From the NCBI RefSeq assembly GCF_034111225.1, contig NZ_JAWUXR010000014.1, positions 10,102-74,101 on the forward strand: a stretch of 64,000 nt of DNA, given 5' to 3'. Of the stretch, positions 1 to 9,483 are shown in pieces. Position 1 is the stretch's first letter, and every line of letters begins with the position of its first letter. The translations under genes and the position numbers were made by a program. Origin of the DNA: Flavobacterium sp. GTDB lineage: Bacteria; Bacteroidota; Bacteroidia; Flavobacteriales; Flavobacteriaceae. The notes under the pieces are model-generated. The model did not search any database. It saw only the letters and a list, made by a program, of their open reading frames with translations, and was not told the origin of the DNA.

Positions 1-38
1 TATAAATCTAATCCTTACTAACTAATAATAAAAAATCT

Positions 39-46
39 TACCTTTG
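39..46 (+). promoter_or_regulatory. Bacteroidota sigma70 -7 element (TACCTTTG)
   Basis: Matches TAnnTTTG, 23 nt before the ATG at 70. Confidence 0.6.
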
Positions 47-69
47 TTGGTTAGACATAATAAATATAA

Positions 70-1758
70 ATGAAAGAAATCAAAAACATTTCGCGCTCTA
101 GAGCGCAAGAGTCGTCAGCAGCTATTGAACGACTGTACATTACAATGAGGCATTTATTTAACAGAGGTTTTTATAAACCAATGGGTATTTCAGGAGAAAC
201 CTTAAGAGAAGCTTTATTATCGCTTCGACCAGAAATTTACGGAAGTATTGCTGAAGAAAAGGTTGAGTTAAGCGGATTATTGTATGTAATTGAACGATTA
301 CCAATTGGTATTGAGCAATGCAGATACATTAATTTAACTTCAGATGAGGGATATTCTAATTCTCATTTTAAAGCGATTGTTCCTCCAAAAAGAAGAAGAA
401 ACTGTTATCGAATAGATGACGAACAAATGAATATTGAAATTACTCGTGGTCGTTCAGATATCTATGATATTTTAACCCATTTGACTTTTATTTTTATAGA
501 ATCACATAAAATAAAAGACCGCGTTTTAATTGATGAAGAAGGAAAAGTATCTCGCGATTGGCAAAAACTTGAAGAAACGGTTTTAAACACTAAAAAATTA
601 ACTTTAATTGAAAGAGAAAAAGCCATTTCTCATGCAGCTAATATTTTAGGGCGAACATTTGCGGAAGTACAAAACATTTATCAAGATTTCGCTACTGCAG
701 ATGCGCCTGAACGATTTTTACATATTGTTTATTGGCTAGGAAAACTTGCTATTGAAGAAGTTGTAGACAACAATAAAAGAACAATTACTTTTAGTCCTAT
801 ACTTAGAGAACGTTTAGGTCACCATATTTATGGAGAAATATGGGCTAACAACATAAAAGAAGTTTTAGAAAAAAATGATTTATTGCAAAGACCTATTCAT
901 GTTATTAGTGCAAACATGCACAGTGTAATGAATTCTATTTTTGCTAAACCGGTTTTAGAATCAAAGTACAAAGGAAAATCAGATTATGTTATTTTTGAAG
1001 ACTTAAGCAGCTCTTCAAATAATGATTTACGTAAAAAAGTAGAAACTGTTGCAATGCAACAAGGAATGGTTTTTTTACCTGATACATCAGGAACAAACAT
1101 TGATGTTCAAATTTTTGATACTGCTAAAATTGATTTAAAAAATTCAGCATTTCCTACAGCGCAAATTAATGGTGAAAAACCAGTTTTAATTGTAATGGAT
1201 TATGCTTTTGGAGAACAAGCTTATGAAACGATTGACGAGCTATTAAAACCTTATAAAAAAGGAAAAGAGAAAACATTTATTAATGTAGAGTCAGTTTCAA
1301 TAATGGGTAAAGCAGGAATTCTTCAAGGAGGAAAAGGAGACATCATGATTCCAAACGCACATATTAATGAAGGAACAGCAGACAATTACCCTTTTGAAAA
1401 CGAACTAACAGCTGAAATGTTTAAAGGAAATGACATGCCTGTTTTTGCAGGACCGATGGTTACGGTTCTTGGAACGTCATTACAAAATAGAGATTTATTA
1501 AAGTTCTTTCATGAATCTACATGGAAAGCAATAGGCTTAGAGATGGAAGGCGCATATTATCAAAAAGCCATCCAATCAGCATCTAAGATTAGAAAAAGCA
1601 TCAACCCTAACGTAAAGGTGCGTTATGCTTATTATGCTTCAGATAATCCTTTAGAAACAGGAAGCACTTTAGCGTCTGGAGGCTTAGGAACAACAGGAGT
1701 AAAACCTACCTATTTAATTACAATTAAAATATTAGAACAAATTTTCAACGTAAAATAA
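70..1758 (+). CDS. DUF6909-like conserved protein with C-terminal nucleoside phosphorylase/nucleosidase-like domain
   Basis: 562 aa; C-terminal half has IMGKAG, GLEMEGA and YAYYASDNP motifs resembling the PNP/AMP-nucleosidase fold. Confidence 0.6.
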   Translation: MKEIKNISRSRAQESSAAIERLYITMRHLFNRGFYKPMGISGETLREALLSLRPEIYGSIAEEKVELSGLLYVIERLPIGIEQCRYINLTSDEGYSNSHFKAIVPPKRRRNCYRIDDEQMNIEITRGRSDIYDILTHLTFIFIESHKIKDRVLIDEEGKVSRDWQKLEETVLNTKKLTLIEREKAISHAANILGRTFAEVQNIYQDFATADAPERFLHIVYWLGKLAIEEVVDNNKRTITFSPILRERLGHHIYGEIWANNIKEVLEKNDLLQRPIHVISANMHSVMNSIFAKPVLESKYKGKSDYVIFEDLSSSSNNDLRKKVETVAMQQGMVFLPDTSGTNIDVQIFDTAKIDLKNSAFPTAQINGEKPVLIVMDYAFGEQAYETIDELLKPYKKGKEKTFINVESVSIMGKAGILQGGKGDIMIPNAHINEGTADNYPFENELTAEMFKGNDMPVFAGPMVTVLGTSLQNRDLLKFFHESTWKAIGLEMEGAYYQKAIQSASKIRKSINPNVKVRYAYYASDNPLETGSTLASGGLGTTGVKPTYLITIKILEQIFNVK

Positions 1759-1763
1759 TAACT

Positions 1764-2729
1764 ATGAGCTCAAACCCTCAAGATCAAGAAATAGACTTAG
1801 GTCAAGTTTTTAATAAAATAGGAAATCTGTTTCAAAAAGGAATAGATTCTATTTTTGATTTATTTTTATTTCTTAAAAGAAATTTTTTAATACTAATGAT
1901 TTTGTTAATCTCTGGAATAGTTTTAGGTTATTTTTTAGACAAAAACAACAAGTCTTATACTCATGAAATTATTGTGACTCCTAATTTTGCAAGCGTAGAC
2001 TATTTGTATTCTAAAGTTGAATTATTAAAGTCAAAAAAAAATGAAAACGACACTACTTTTTTAAATTCTTTAGGCATTAAAAATGTAAAAAATTTGAATT
2101 CAATTGAAATTGACCCAATAGTTAATATTTATTCATTTATAGGTCAAAATAATACAAATTTCGAATTCATTAAATTGTTAGCAGAAGACGGTGATCTTGA
2201 AAAAATCATTAAAGAGGAGACTACAAGTAAAAATTATCCATATCATATAATAAAGATTACCACAAACGAACAATCATCAGAAGATAACACAACGCAACCA
2301 ATAATATCGTTTCTAAATCAATCAGAATATTACTCTAATTTTCAGAAAGAATTTGTAAACAATATTTATATTAAAATGAAGGCAAATGATAGCGCTATTG
2401 CTCAAATAGATAAGCTTTTGGATGGGTATTCAAGTAGTATTGCGAGTAGCCAAAAAAGCGAAAACTTAGTTTATAATAACGAAAACAACCAAGTAAATGA
2501 TATTTTAAAAACGAAAGATGGTTTAATTTCAGAGCAGGGTTCATTAAGAATGAGTTTAGTTAATAATGATAAAATAGTAAAATCACTTAGTACTACAATT
2601 AATTTAAAAAACACAAAAGGTTTAAATGGGAAAATGAAATTAGTATTCCCAATACTTTTTATTGGATTGTTTTTTATTTTCTATTTATTTAAGCTCTTTT
2701 ATATAGCTCAATTAACAAAAAGACTTTAG
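1764..2729 (+). CDS. Wzz-like polysaccharide chain-length determinant
   Basis: 321 aa; N-terminal EIDL motif, one TM helix near each end, periplasmic loop between; precedes rfb genes. Confidence 0.65.
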   Translation: MSSNPQDQEIDLGQVFNKIGNLFQKGIDSIFDLFLFLKRNFLILMILLISGIVLGYFLDKNNKSYTHEIIVTPNFASVDYLYSKVELLKSKKNENDTTFLNSLGIKNVKNLNSIEIDPIVNIYSFIGQNNTNFEFIKLLAEDGDLEKIIKEETTSKNYPYHIIKITTNEQSSEDNTTQPIISFLNQSEYYSNFQKEFVNNIYIKMKANDSAIAQIDKLLDGYSSSIASSQKSENLVYNNENNQVNDILKTKDGLISEQGSLRMSLVNNDKIVKSLSTTINLKNTKGLNGKMKLVFPILFIGLFFIFYLFKLFYIAQLTKRL

Positions 2730-2735
2730 TTTAAA

Positions 2736-3749
2736 ATGAAGAATATTTTAATAACAGGTGGTGCAGGTTTTATAGGCGCAAATTTTATCCCCTATTTTAT
2801 TGAGAATAATCAAGATTATAATCTAGTTAATTTAGATTTATTGACTTACGCTGGAGATTTAAATAATTTAAAAGAAATTGAAAACCACGATAGGTATGCT
2901 TTTATTCAAGGAGATATTTGTGATGGCGAGTTTATAAAAGAACTGTTTATAAAATATCAATTTCATGATGTCATTCATTTTGCTGCCGAAAGCCATGTTG
3001 ACAATTCTATTTCAGGTCCAGAAGCATTTATTAAAACAAATGTATTAGGGACATTTAATTTATTAGATTCAGCAAGAAAACTTTGGATGAATGGTCCAAA
3101 TGACTATAAAGATAACTTCAAAAACGCACGTTTTCATCACGTTTCTACTGATGAGGTATACGGAACGTTAGGAGAGACAGGTTTGTTTGAAGAAACAACG
3201 CCTTATGCGCCAAATAGCCCGTATTCTGCTTCAAAGGCAGGTTCAGATATGATTGTGCGTAGTTATTTCCATACTTATGGAATGAATGTAGTTACTACAA
3301 ACTGTTCTAATAATTATGGTCCAAAACAACATAATGAGAAATTAATTCCAACAATTATTCGAAAAGCTATTGCAGGTGAAAACATTCCTATTTATGGAGA
3401 TGGAACAAATGTTAGAGACTGGCTATATGTTCTAGATCATTGTAAAGGAATTGAATTAGCATTTAAGACTGGTAAATCTGGTGAAACTTATAATATTGGC
3501 GGAAGAAACGAAAGAAATAATTTACAGATAGTGGATACAATTTGTGAAATTTTGAATTCTGTAGTTCCTCGTAAAGAAGGGAAATACCAAGATTTAATAA
3601 TTTTTGTAAAAGATAGACCAGGGCATGATATGCGTTATGCTATTGATGCTACAAAAATTGAAACAGAATTAGGTTGGAAAGCAAATGAAAATTTTGAAAC
3701 AGGTATTCGTAAAACGATTACGTGGTACTTAGAAAAATTTCAAGCTTAA
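2736..3749 (+). CDS. rfbB: dTDP-glucose 4,6-dehydratase
   Basis: GGAGFIG, HFAAESHVD, STDEVYG, YSASK, RPGHD motifs. Confidence 0.97.
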   Translation: MKNILITGGAGFIGANFIPYFIENNQDYNLVNLDLLTYAGDLNNLKEIENHDRYAFIQGDICDGEFIKELFIKYQFHDVIHFAAESHVDNSISGPEAFIKTNVLGTFNLLDSARKLWMNGPNDYKDNFKNARFHHVSTDEVYGTLGETGLFEETTPYAPNSPYSASKAGSDMIVRSYFHTYGMNVVTTNCSNNYGPKQHNEKLIPTIIRKAIAGENIPIYGDGTNVRDWLYVLDHCKGIELAFKTGKSGETYNIGGRNERNNLQIVDTICEILNSVVPRKEGKYQDLIIFVKDRPGHDMRYAIDATKIETELGWKANENFETGIRKTITWYLEKFQA

Positions 3750-3776
3750 GGCTATTTAAATTATAAAATAAAGAAT

Positions 3777-4640
3777 ATGAAAGGAATTATTTTAGCTGGA
3801 GGTTCAGGAACACGTTTGCACCCCTTAACATTAGCAGTAAGTAAGCAATTAATGCCTATTTATGATAAACCAATGATTTATTACCCTTTATCAACTTTAA
3901 TGTGGGCTGGAATAAGAGAAATTTTAATAATATCGACTCCTCAAGATTTACCTTTATTTGAAAAATTATTAGGAGACGGAAGTAATTTAGGTTGTCGTTT
4001 TGAATATGCAGTTCAAGAAAACCCAAACGGTTTAGCCGAAGCTTTTATTATTGGAAAAGAATTTGTTGGAAATGATAAAGTTGCTTTAATTTTAGGAGAC
4101 AATATTTTCTACGGAACTGGTTTAGCAGAATTATTACAAACAAATAATGACCCAGAAGGAGGAATTGTTTATGCTTATCATGTAAATGATCCAGAACGTT
4201 ATGGTGTTGTAGATTTTGATGTGAATGGAAAAGTTTTATCAATAGATGAGAAACCAACTCACCCCAAGTCAAATTATGCAGTTCCAGGAATTTATTTCTA
4301 CGACAACTCTGTACTTGAAGTAGCCGCAAACATTAAACCGAGTCATAGAGGTGAATTAGAAATTACCGATGTAAATAAAGAATATTTAAAACAAGGAAAG
4401 TTACAAGTAAGTATTCTGGACAGAGGAACAGCTTGGTTAGATACAGGAACGTTTCAATCGTTAATGCAAGCGGGTCAATTTGTAGAAGTAATAGAAGAAC
4501 GACAAGGTTTAAAAATTGGCGCTATTGAAGAAGCTGCATATAAGATGGGCTTTATTGATGCAGCACAATTACAAAAATTAGCCGAACCCTTACTAAAAAG
4601 TGGTTACGGAACTCACTTAATGAGTTTGATTAAAAAATAA
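3777..4640 (+). CDS. rfbA: glucose-1-phosphate thymidylyltransferase
   Basis: [33 protein letters not shown] motifs. Confidence 0.97.
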   Translation: MKGIILAGGSGTRLHPLTLAVSKQLMPIYDKPMIYYPLSTLMWAGIREILIISTPQDLPLFEKLLGDGSNLGCRFEYAVQENPNGLAEAFIIGKEFVGNDKVALILGDNIFYGTGLAELLQTNNDPEGGIVYAYHVNDPERYGVVDFDVNGKVLSIDEKPTHPKSNYAVPGIYFYDNSVLEVAANIKPSHRGELEITDVNKEYLKQGKLQVSILDRGTAWLDTGTFQSLMQAGQFVEVIEERQGLKIGAIEEAAYKMGFIDAAQLQKLAEPLLKSGYGTHLMSLIKK

Positions 4641-4642
4641 GA

Positions 4643-5194
4643 ATGAATTTTATTACAACTAAATTACAAGATTGTTTCATTATTGAGCCAAAAATAATTT
4701 CTGATGAAAGAGGTTATTTTATGGAAAGTTTTAATGAAAATGCGTTTGCAAACGGTATAGGACAGAAAGTTCATTTTGTACAAGACAATCAATCATTTTC
4801 AACAAAAGGCGTTTTGCGTGGTTTACATTATCAATGTGGCGAGTATGCACAAGCAAAACTAGTTCGTGTTTTACAAGGAGAAGTTTTAGATGTTGCGGTT
4901 GATATAAGACCAGAATCTGAAACCTATGGTCAACATGTTTCAATTCTTTTGTCAGCAGAAAATAAAAAACAATTTTTTGTACCAAGAGGTTTTGCACATG
5001 GTTTTTTAGTATTAAGTGACACTGCTACTTTCTTCTATAAATGTGATAATTTTTATAATAAAGAAAGCGAAGGCGGACTTATGTATAATGATAAAAAAGT
5101 AAATATAGATTGGAACTTTCCTATAGATGAATTAATTATTTCAGAAAAAGACCAAGTGTTACCAACATTAGAAAATGCAAAAAAAGTATGGTAG
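4643..5194 (+). CDS. rfbC: dTDP-4-dehydrorhamnose 3,5-epimerase
   Basis: DERGYF, LRGLHYQ, VPRGFAHGF, YKCDNFY motifs. Confidence 0.97.
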   Translation: MNFITTKLQDCFIIEPKIISDERGYFMESFNENAFANGIGQKVHFVQDNQSFSTKGVLRGLHYQCGEYAQAKLVRVLQGEVLDVAVDIRPESETYGQHVSILLSAENKKQFFVPRGFAHGFLVLSDTATFFYKCDNFYNKESEGGLMYNDKKVNIDWNFPIDELIISEKDQVLPTLENAKKVW

Positions 5195-6054
5195 TATTAG
5201 TCACTGGAGCTAAAGGTCAGTTAGGACAAGCTATACAATCGATTGTCGGAAATCAACCTTCAATTGATTTTGTTTTTTGTAATTCTTCAGAATTGGATAT
5301 TACCAATTTAGTGAATTGTGAAGCTATCTTCAAACAATACAAGCCTAATTTTTGCATTAATACAGCCGCTTATACAGCTGTTGATAAAGCCGAAATAGAA
5401 CCAGAAAAAGCAAAACTAATTAATATAATTGGTGCAAAAAATATAGCTGAGGTTTGTAAAAACAACAACACAATTTTACTGCATATTTCAACTGATTTTA
5501 TTTTTGACGGTAATTCTAAGAAACCTTATACCGAGACCGATATTCCAAATCCATCAGGTGTTTACGGAAAAACAAAACTTGATGGTGAAATTGCCATTCA
5601 AAACACTTGGGGAAAGCACTTTATTATTAGAACATCCTGGGTTTATTCTCAATTTGGGAATAACTTTATGAAAACCATAATACGTTTAGGCTCAGAAAAA
5701 GATTCACTTTCTGTGGTAAATGATCAAATAGGAACACCAACCTATGCAGTTGATTTAGCTGAAGTTTTAATTCAAATAATACTTTCACCAATAACGAATA
5801 ATACTTTATCCAACACTTTTGGAATTTATAATTTCAGCAACGAAGGAAAGTGTTCTTGGTTTGATTTTGCTAGTGAAATTTTGACATTAAACAATATTAA
5901 ACTTAACATGAAAGGAATCCCAACTGAGGACTATCCAACTCCTGCCAAAAGACCAAAATACAGTGTTTTGGATAAAACAAAGATTACAACTACATTTGGA
6001 ATTCCAATAAAAAAGTGGAAAGAAAGTTTAAAAGAGTGTACCCAATTGCTATAA
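5188..6054 (+). CDS. rfbD: dTDP-4-dehydrorhamnose reductase
   Basis: GAKGQLG, AAYTAVDKAE, STDFIFDG, YGKTK, DQIGTPT motifs. Confidence 0.96.
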   Translation: MVVLVTGAKGQLGQAIQSIVGNQPSIDFVFCNSSELDITNLVNCEAIFKQYKPNFCINTAAYTAVDKAEIEPEKAKLINIIGAKNIAEVCKNNNTILLHISTDFIFDGNSKKPYTETDIPNPSGVYGKTKLDGEIAIQNTWGKHFIIRTSWVYSQFGNNFMKTIIRLGSEKDSLSVVNDQIGTPTYAVDLAEVLIQIILSPITNNTLSNTFGIYNFSNEGKCSWFDFASEILTLNNIKLNMKGIPTEDYPTPAKRPKYSVLDKTKITTTFGIPIKKWKESLKECTQLL

Positions 6055-6061
6055 AATAAAA

Positions 6062-7159
6062 ATGAAGAAAGTCTGTCTATTCTTTTTACTCCTTGCAACA
6101 GTTCCTATTCTAGCTCAAGAAAACGGAAATCAGTCATATATAGACGCACAATTTTTTAGGGGAAATGTATATAAGCACACAAATGATATTGGACATTTGA
6201 TAACTGGTCACCCAGATGGTTTTATGTTGAGTTATAACTGGAAAACCCATGGGAAAAAAGAATGGGAACAAGTATATAACTATCCAGATTATGGAGTTTC
6301 TTTTCATTATTTAGATTTTAAAAACCAATATTTAGGTCATAATGTAGCACTAGGTGTTCATTACAACTTTTACTTTTTAAACCGTCATTTAATCTTTAGA
6401 ATTTCGCAAGGTATAGGGATGACATCTAGCCCTTATAATAAAGAAACAAATAATAAAAACAACGCTTTTGGAACAAAAATAATGGACAATAATTACTTTT
6501 TATTACAGTATAAAAAGGAAAATATTATTGATAAAATAGGTTTTCAAGCAGGATTTATGTTGACTCATTTTTCAAACGGGAGATTTAAAGCTCCTAATAG
6601 TGGAATCAATACAATTGCTTTAAATGTTGGGTTAAATTATAATTTTAGTGAAACAAAAGAATTTATAATTGATTCATTACCTCCAAAACAATTTTACAAA
6701 GAAAAAATAAAATACAATATAGCTTTTAGAACAGGTATTTCTGAAGGACCAGTTCCGGGTTTGGGACAGCGTCAGTTTTATCATATTGGCTTATATGCCG
6801 ATAAAAGAATAGGTCGAAAAAGCGCCTTACAATTGGGTACTGATGTCTTCTTTTCTAGATATTTAAAAGATTACATTGAGTTTTCATCAGTGGCTTTTCC
6901 TGATAAACCTCCAGTTGACCCTAATACTGATTATAAAAGAATAGGCTTGTTCGTAGGACATGAATTGTTCATTAATAAACTATCTATTGAAACACAATTT
7001 GGTTATTATGTTTATAAACCATTTGATTATGAGATAGACATTTATCAACGATTAGGAGTAAAATATTATATTTACAAAAATATATTTACGGGAGTTGGTT
7101 TAAAAACTCATGGCGGAAGAGCAGAAGCAATAGAAGCTTCAATAGGTATTAGATTATAA
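6062..7159 (+). CDS. acyloxyacyl hydrolase / PagL-like outer-membrane lipid A deacylase
   Basis: Signal peptide, amphipathic beta strands, THFSNG (HxSNG) motif, C-terminal strand GIRL. Confidence 0.7.
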   Translation: MKKVCLFFLLLATVPILAQENGNQSYIDAQFFRGNVYKHTNDIGHLITGHPDGFMLSYNWKTHGKKEWEQVYNYPDYGVSFHYLDFKNQYLGHNVALGVHYNFYFLNRHLIFRISQGIGMTSSPYNKETNNKNNAFGTKIMDNNYFLLQYKKENIIDKIGFQAGFMLTHFSNGRFKAPNSGINTIALNVGLNYNFSETKEFIIDSLPPKQFYKEKIKYNIAFRTGISEGPVPGLGQRQFYHIGLYADKRIGRKSALQLGTDVFFSRYLKDYIEFSSVAFPDKPPVDPNTDYKRIGLFVGHELFINKLSIETQFGYYVYKPFDYEIDIYQRLGVKYYIYKNIFTGVGLKTHGGRAEAIEASIGIRL

Positions 7160-7164
7160 TAATT

Positions 7165-7929
7165 ATGAAGAAGTTAATTAAAATAGTTCTTACCCTTTCG
7201 TTTTTAATAACGATAAGCTGTGGTATTTCTGAAGACTGTTTTAAAGGAAACGGTAGCAGAATAACACAAACATTTCCTTTAGAAAATTTTACAAAAATTA
7301 AAGTTTATGATGGTGTTGGACTTGTTATTAAAGAAGGTCCAAATTATGAGGTTAAGGTTGAAACATCTGACAATATTATTGACAATTTAGAAGTTTATTT
7401 ACAAGATGGTATGTTAGTCGTAAAAGACAATTCAACTTGTAATATTGCCAGAGATTATGGTCAAACTATAGTTTATGTTACAGTACCAGATGAAAACTCT
7501 ACTATACTAATTCAAGAACTAGAGATACACAGTAAAACGGACCAGAAAATTCAAAGTGAAGGCACGCTTCACTCTCCAATTATTCGGTTATTTTCAATTG
7601 ATGTATCAGATGGGGCGGGAACAGGAGATTTTAATATTGAGGTTGATAATGGTCAATTAGTGGTTGAAAGCAATAATGTTTCTAATTTCTACATAAATGG
7701 TCATGCAAATGAGATGTTATTGAATTTCTATTTTGGTAATGGTCGTTTTTACGGAGAAAATTTAGAAGTCGAAGTAATTAAAATTTTTCAAAGAGGTTCA
7801 AATGATATGTTTGTATATCCTGTTCAAAAAATAGAAGGTACAATTTATGCTACAGGAGATGTGATTTTAAAAAATGTTCCTCCTATTGTTGATGTTGAAG
7901 AGGTTTTTACGGGTAGAATTATTTATTAA
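7165..7929 (+). CDS. head GIN domain (DUF2807)-like lipoprotein
   Basis: Lipobox TISC; beta-helix-like repeats; ends ATGDVILKNVP. Confidence 0.75.
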   Translation: MKKLIKIVLTLSFLITISCGISEDCFKGNGSRITQTFPLENFTKIKVYDGVGLVIKEGPNYEVKVETSDNIIDNLEVYLQDGMLVVKDNSTCNIARDYGQTIVYVTVPDENSTILIQELEIHSKTDQKIQSEGTLHSPIIRLFSIDVSDGAGTGDFNIEVDNGQLVVESNNVSNFYINGHANEMLLNFYFGNGRFYGENLEVEVIKIFQRGSNDMFVYPVQKIEGTIYATGDVILKNVPPIVDVEEVFTGRIIY

Positions 7930-8062
7930 AATAATAATTAAACAAAAAATCTAGAATCTTTATTCCTAAAATTGTGTTAAAACAATAATGCTTACTTATA
8001 AACAACTGATTATCAGATATTAAATTTTTTAGTTTTTTGTGTTAATAATTTGAAAAATTACA

Positions 8063-8070
8063 TATTTTTG
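8063..8070 (+). promoter_or_regulatory. -7 element (TATTTTTG)
   Basis: TAnnTTTG 18 nt before ATG 8089; TTTG at 8036-8039 as possible -33. Confidence 0.55.
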
Positions 8071-8088
8071 TTGAAAATTATAATTAAA

Positions 8089-8664
8089 ATGAAAACAAGA
8101 ATATTATTTACAGTTTTATTTTCTTCATTTGCTTTTATTTCTTGTAAACAAGAAACAAAAGTTGACGAAACATCAACAGAGGTTCAACAAGAAGAAATTA
8201 AAGAAAACCCTGCAACTTTTAAAGTTATATTTGAAGTGGTTGCAAAAAAAGATGATAGATTCCATTTGTATTTTTCCGAAGATGGTACAATTAATTTCCC
8301 TGAAGAAGGATCTCTTTGGGTTGACGTTAAAGGTAACGAGAACAGTCAAGAAGTAGTTTTTGAATTTGAAGAAGATGTTATACCAACACAATTAAGAATT
8401 GATTTTGGTACTAATAGAGATCAAGGTCAAATGGAAATTAAAAATTTCAAAATGAAATATTTTGACAATATTTTTGAAGCAAAAGGAAATTTGTTTTTTG
8501 ACTATTTTGGACCAGACGTTAACACTGTAACAGTTGATAAAACAACATCGTTAATAACTCCAATAGTTAAAGAAGGAAAAAATTACGTTCCGCCATCATT
8601 TTACCCGTCAGAACAAGCTTTATCTGCTCAAATAGTTAAATTAACTCAGACAGTAGTTAAATAA
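8089..8664 (+). CDS. hypothetical lipoprotein
   Basis: Start moved to ATG 8089 (MKTRILFTVLFSSFAFISC = signal II with lipobox); the ORF-track start at 8050 overlaps the promoter. Confidence 0.75.
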   Translation: MKTRILFTVLFSSFAFISCKQETKVDETSTEVQQEEIKENPATFKVIFEVVAKKDDRFHLYFSEDGTINFPEEGSLWVDVKGNENSQEVVFEFEEDVIPTQLRIDFGTNRDQGQMEIKNFKMKYFDNIFEAKGNLFFDYFGPDVNTVTVDKTTSLITPIVKEGKNYVPPSFYPSEQALSAQIVKLTQTVVK

Positions 8665-8671
8665 TAAAACT

Positions 8672-8721
8672 ATAATTATAAAAAAATAAGGAGCTATAGC
8701 TCCTTATTTTTTTATAATTAT
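8672..8721. terminator. bidirectional terminator, perfect 50-bp palindrome
   Basis: ATAATTATAAAAAAATAAGGAGCTA|TAGCTCCTTATTTTTTTATAATTAT between convergent genes. Confidence 0.85.
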
Positions 8722-9483
8722 TTTTATATAGCACTTAGTCAACGACATTAAAAAGTCGTAATAAATTAAGGCTTTAGCCGTATACTTATATTTTAACTTA
8801 ACAACCATTGCCTCTTTTAGGGCTTTAAAAATCTGATTACTTACGCCTCCATTTTGCATTTTAGCAGTTATGCTTTCAAAAAATTCTGGAATTATAATGC
8901 TTTTTGATCGAATGTAAAAATCTAAATCACCTACAATTTTATATTCAGTACTAAAAAAACCATTCTTTTCAAACAATTCATCTTTATGGAATGAGCCTAC
9001 TTGGGCAATGTTCATTCCGCGAATCATTTCCCCCCAAACATATAGGCTTCCAATAACTCTTATGGGATTGTAATTAGAGTCAATAATTTCAACTTTTGAA
9101 GAAATATAATTAACATTAACTGGACAATTTAAAATAGAATTATAATATTTAGTTAGTGCAAACGGTAAATACATATCATCAGAACCTATGAAACTTATCC
9201 AATTACCTTTACTTAATTTAACACCTTTATTCCAGGCATCATAAATACCTTTATCAGGTTCAGAAATATAAGAGAAAGTAATATTTTTTTCCAAAAACTT
9301 TGATTCAAAGGATTTTATTATTTCTAATGTCTTATCTGATGAGTTTCCATCAATTATTATGTATTCAAATGGTTTTTCGGTAAAATCTAAATTTAATATT
9401 GATTCAATTGTTTTATATATGGTTTTTTCACTGTTGAAAGAAGCGGTTATAATACTAAAAAAAGGTTTTTCTTGATTCATCAT
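8704..9483 (-). CDS. GT2 glycosyltransferase
   Basis: SIITASFN, IDGNSSD, EPDKGIYDAWNKG, GSDD motifs. Confidence 0.9.
   Translation of the reverse strand: MMNQEKPFFSIITASFNSEKTIYKTIESILNLDFTEKPFEYIIIDGNSSDKTLEIIKSFESKFLEKNITFSYISEPDKGIYDAWNKGVKLSKGNWISFIGSDDMYLPFALTKYYNSILNCPVNVNYISSKVEIIDSNYNPIRVIGSLYVWGEMIRGMNIAQVGSFHKDELFEKNGFFSTEYKIVGDLDFYIRSKSIIIPEFFESITAKMQNGGVSNQIFKALKEAMVVKLKYKYTAKALIYYDFLMSLTKCYIKIIIKK

Noticed and set aside
4048-5000. Short antisense ORFs inside rfbA and rfbC
   Set aside because: Shadow frames of conserved genes with no motifs
8050-8088. Upstream TTG start of the lipoprotein
   Set aside because: Overlaps the -7 promoter element; ATG 8089 gives a clean signal peptide
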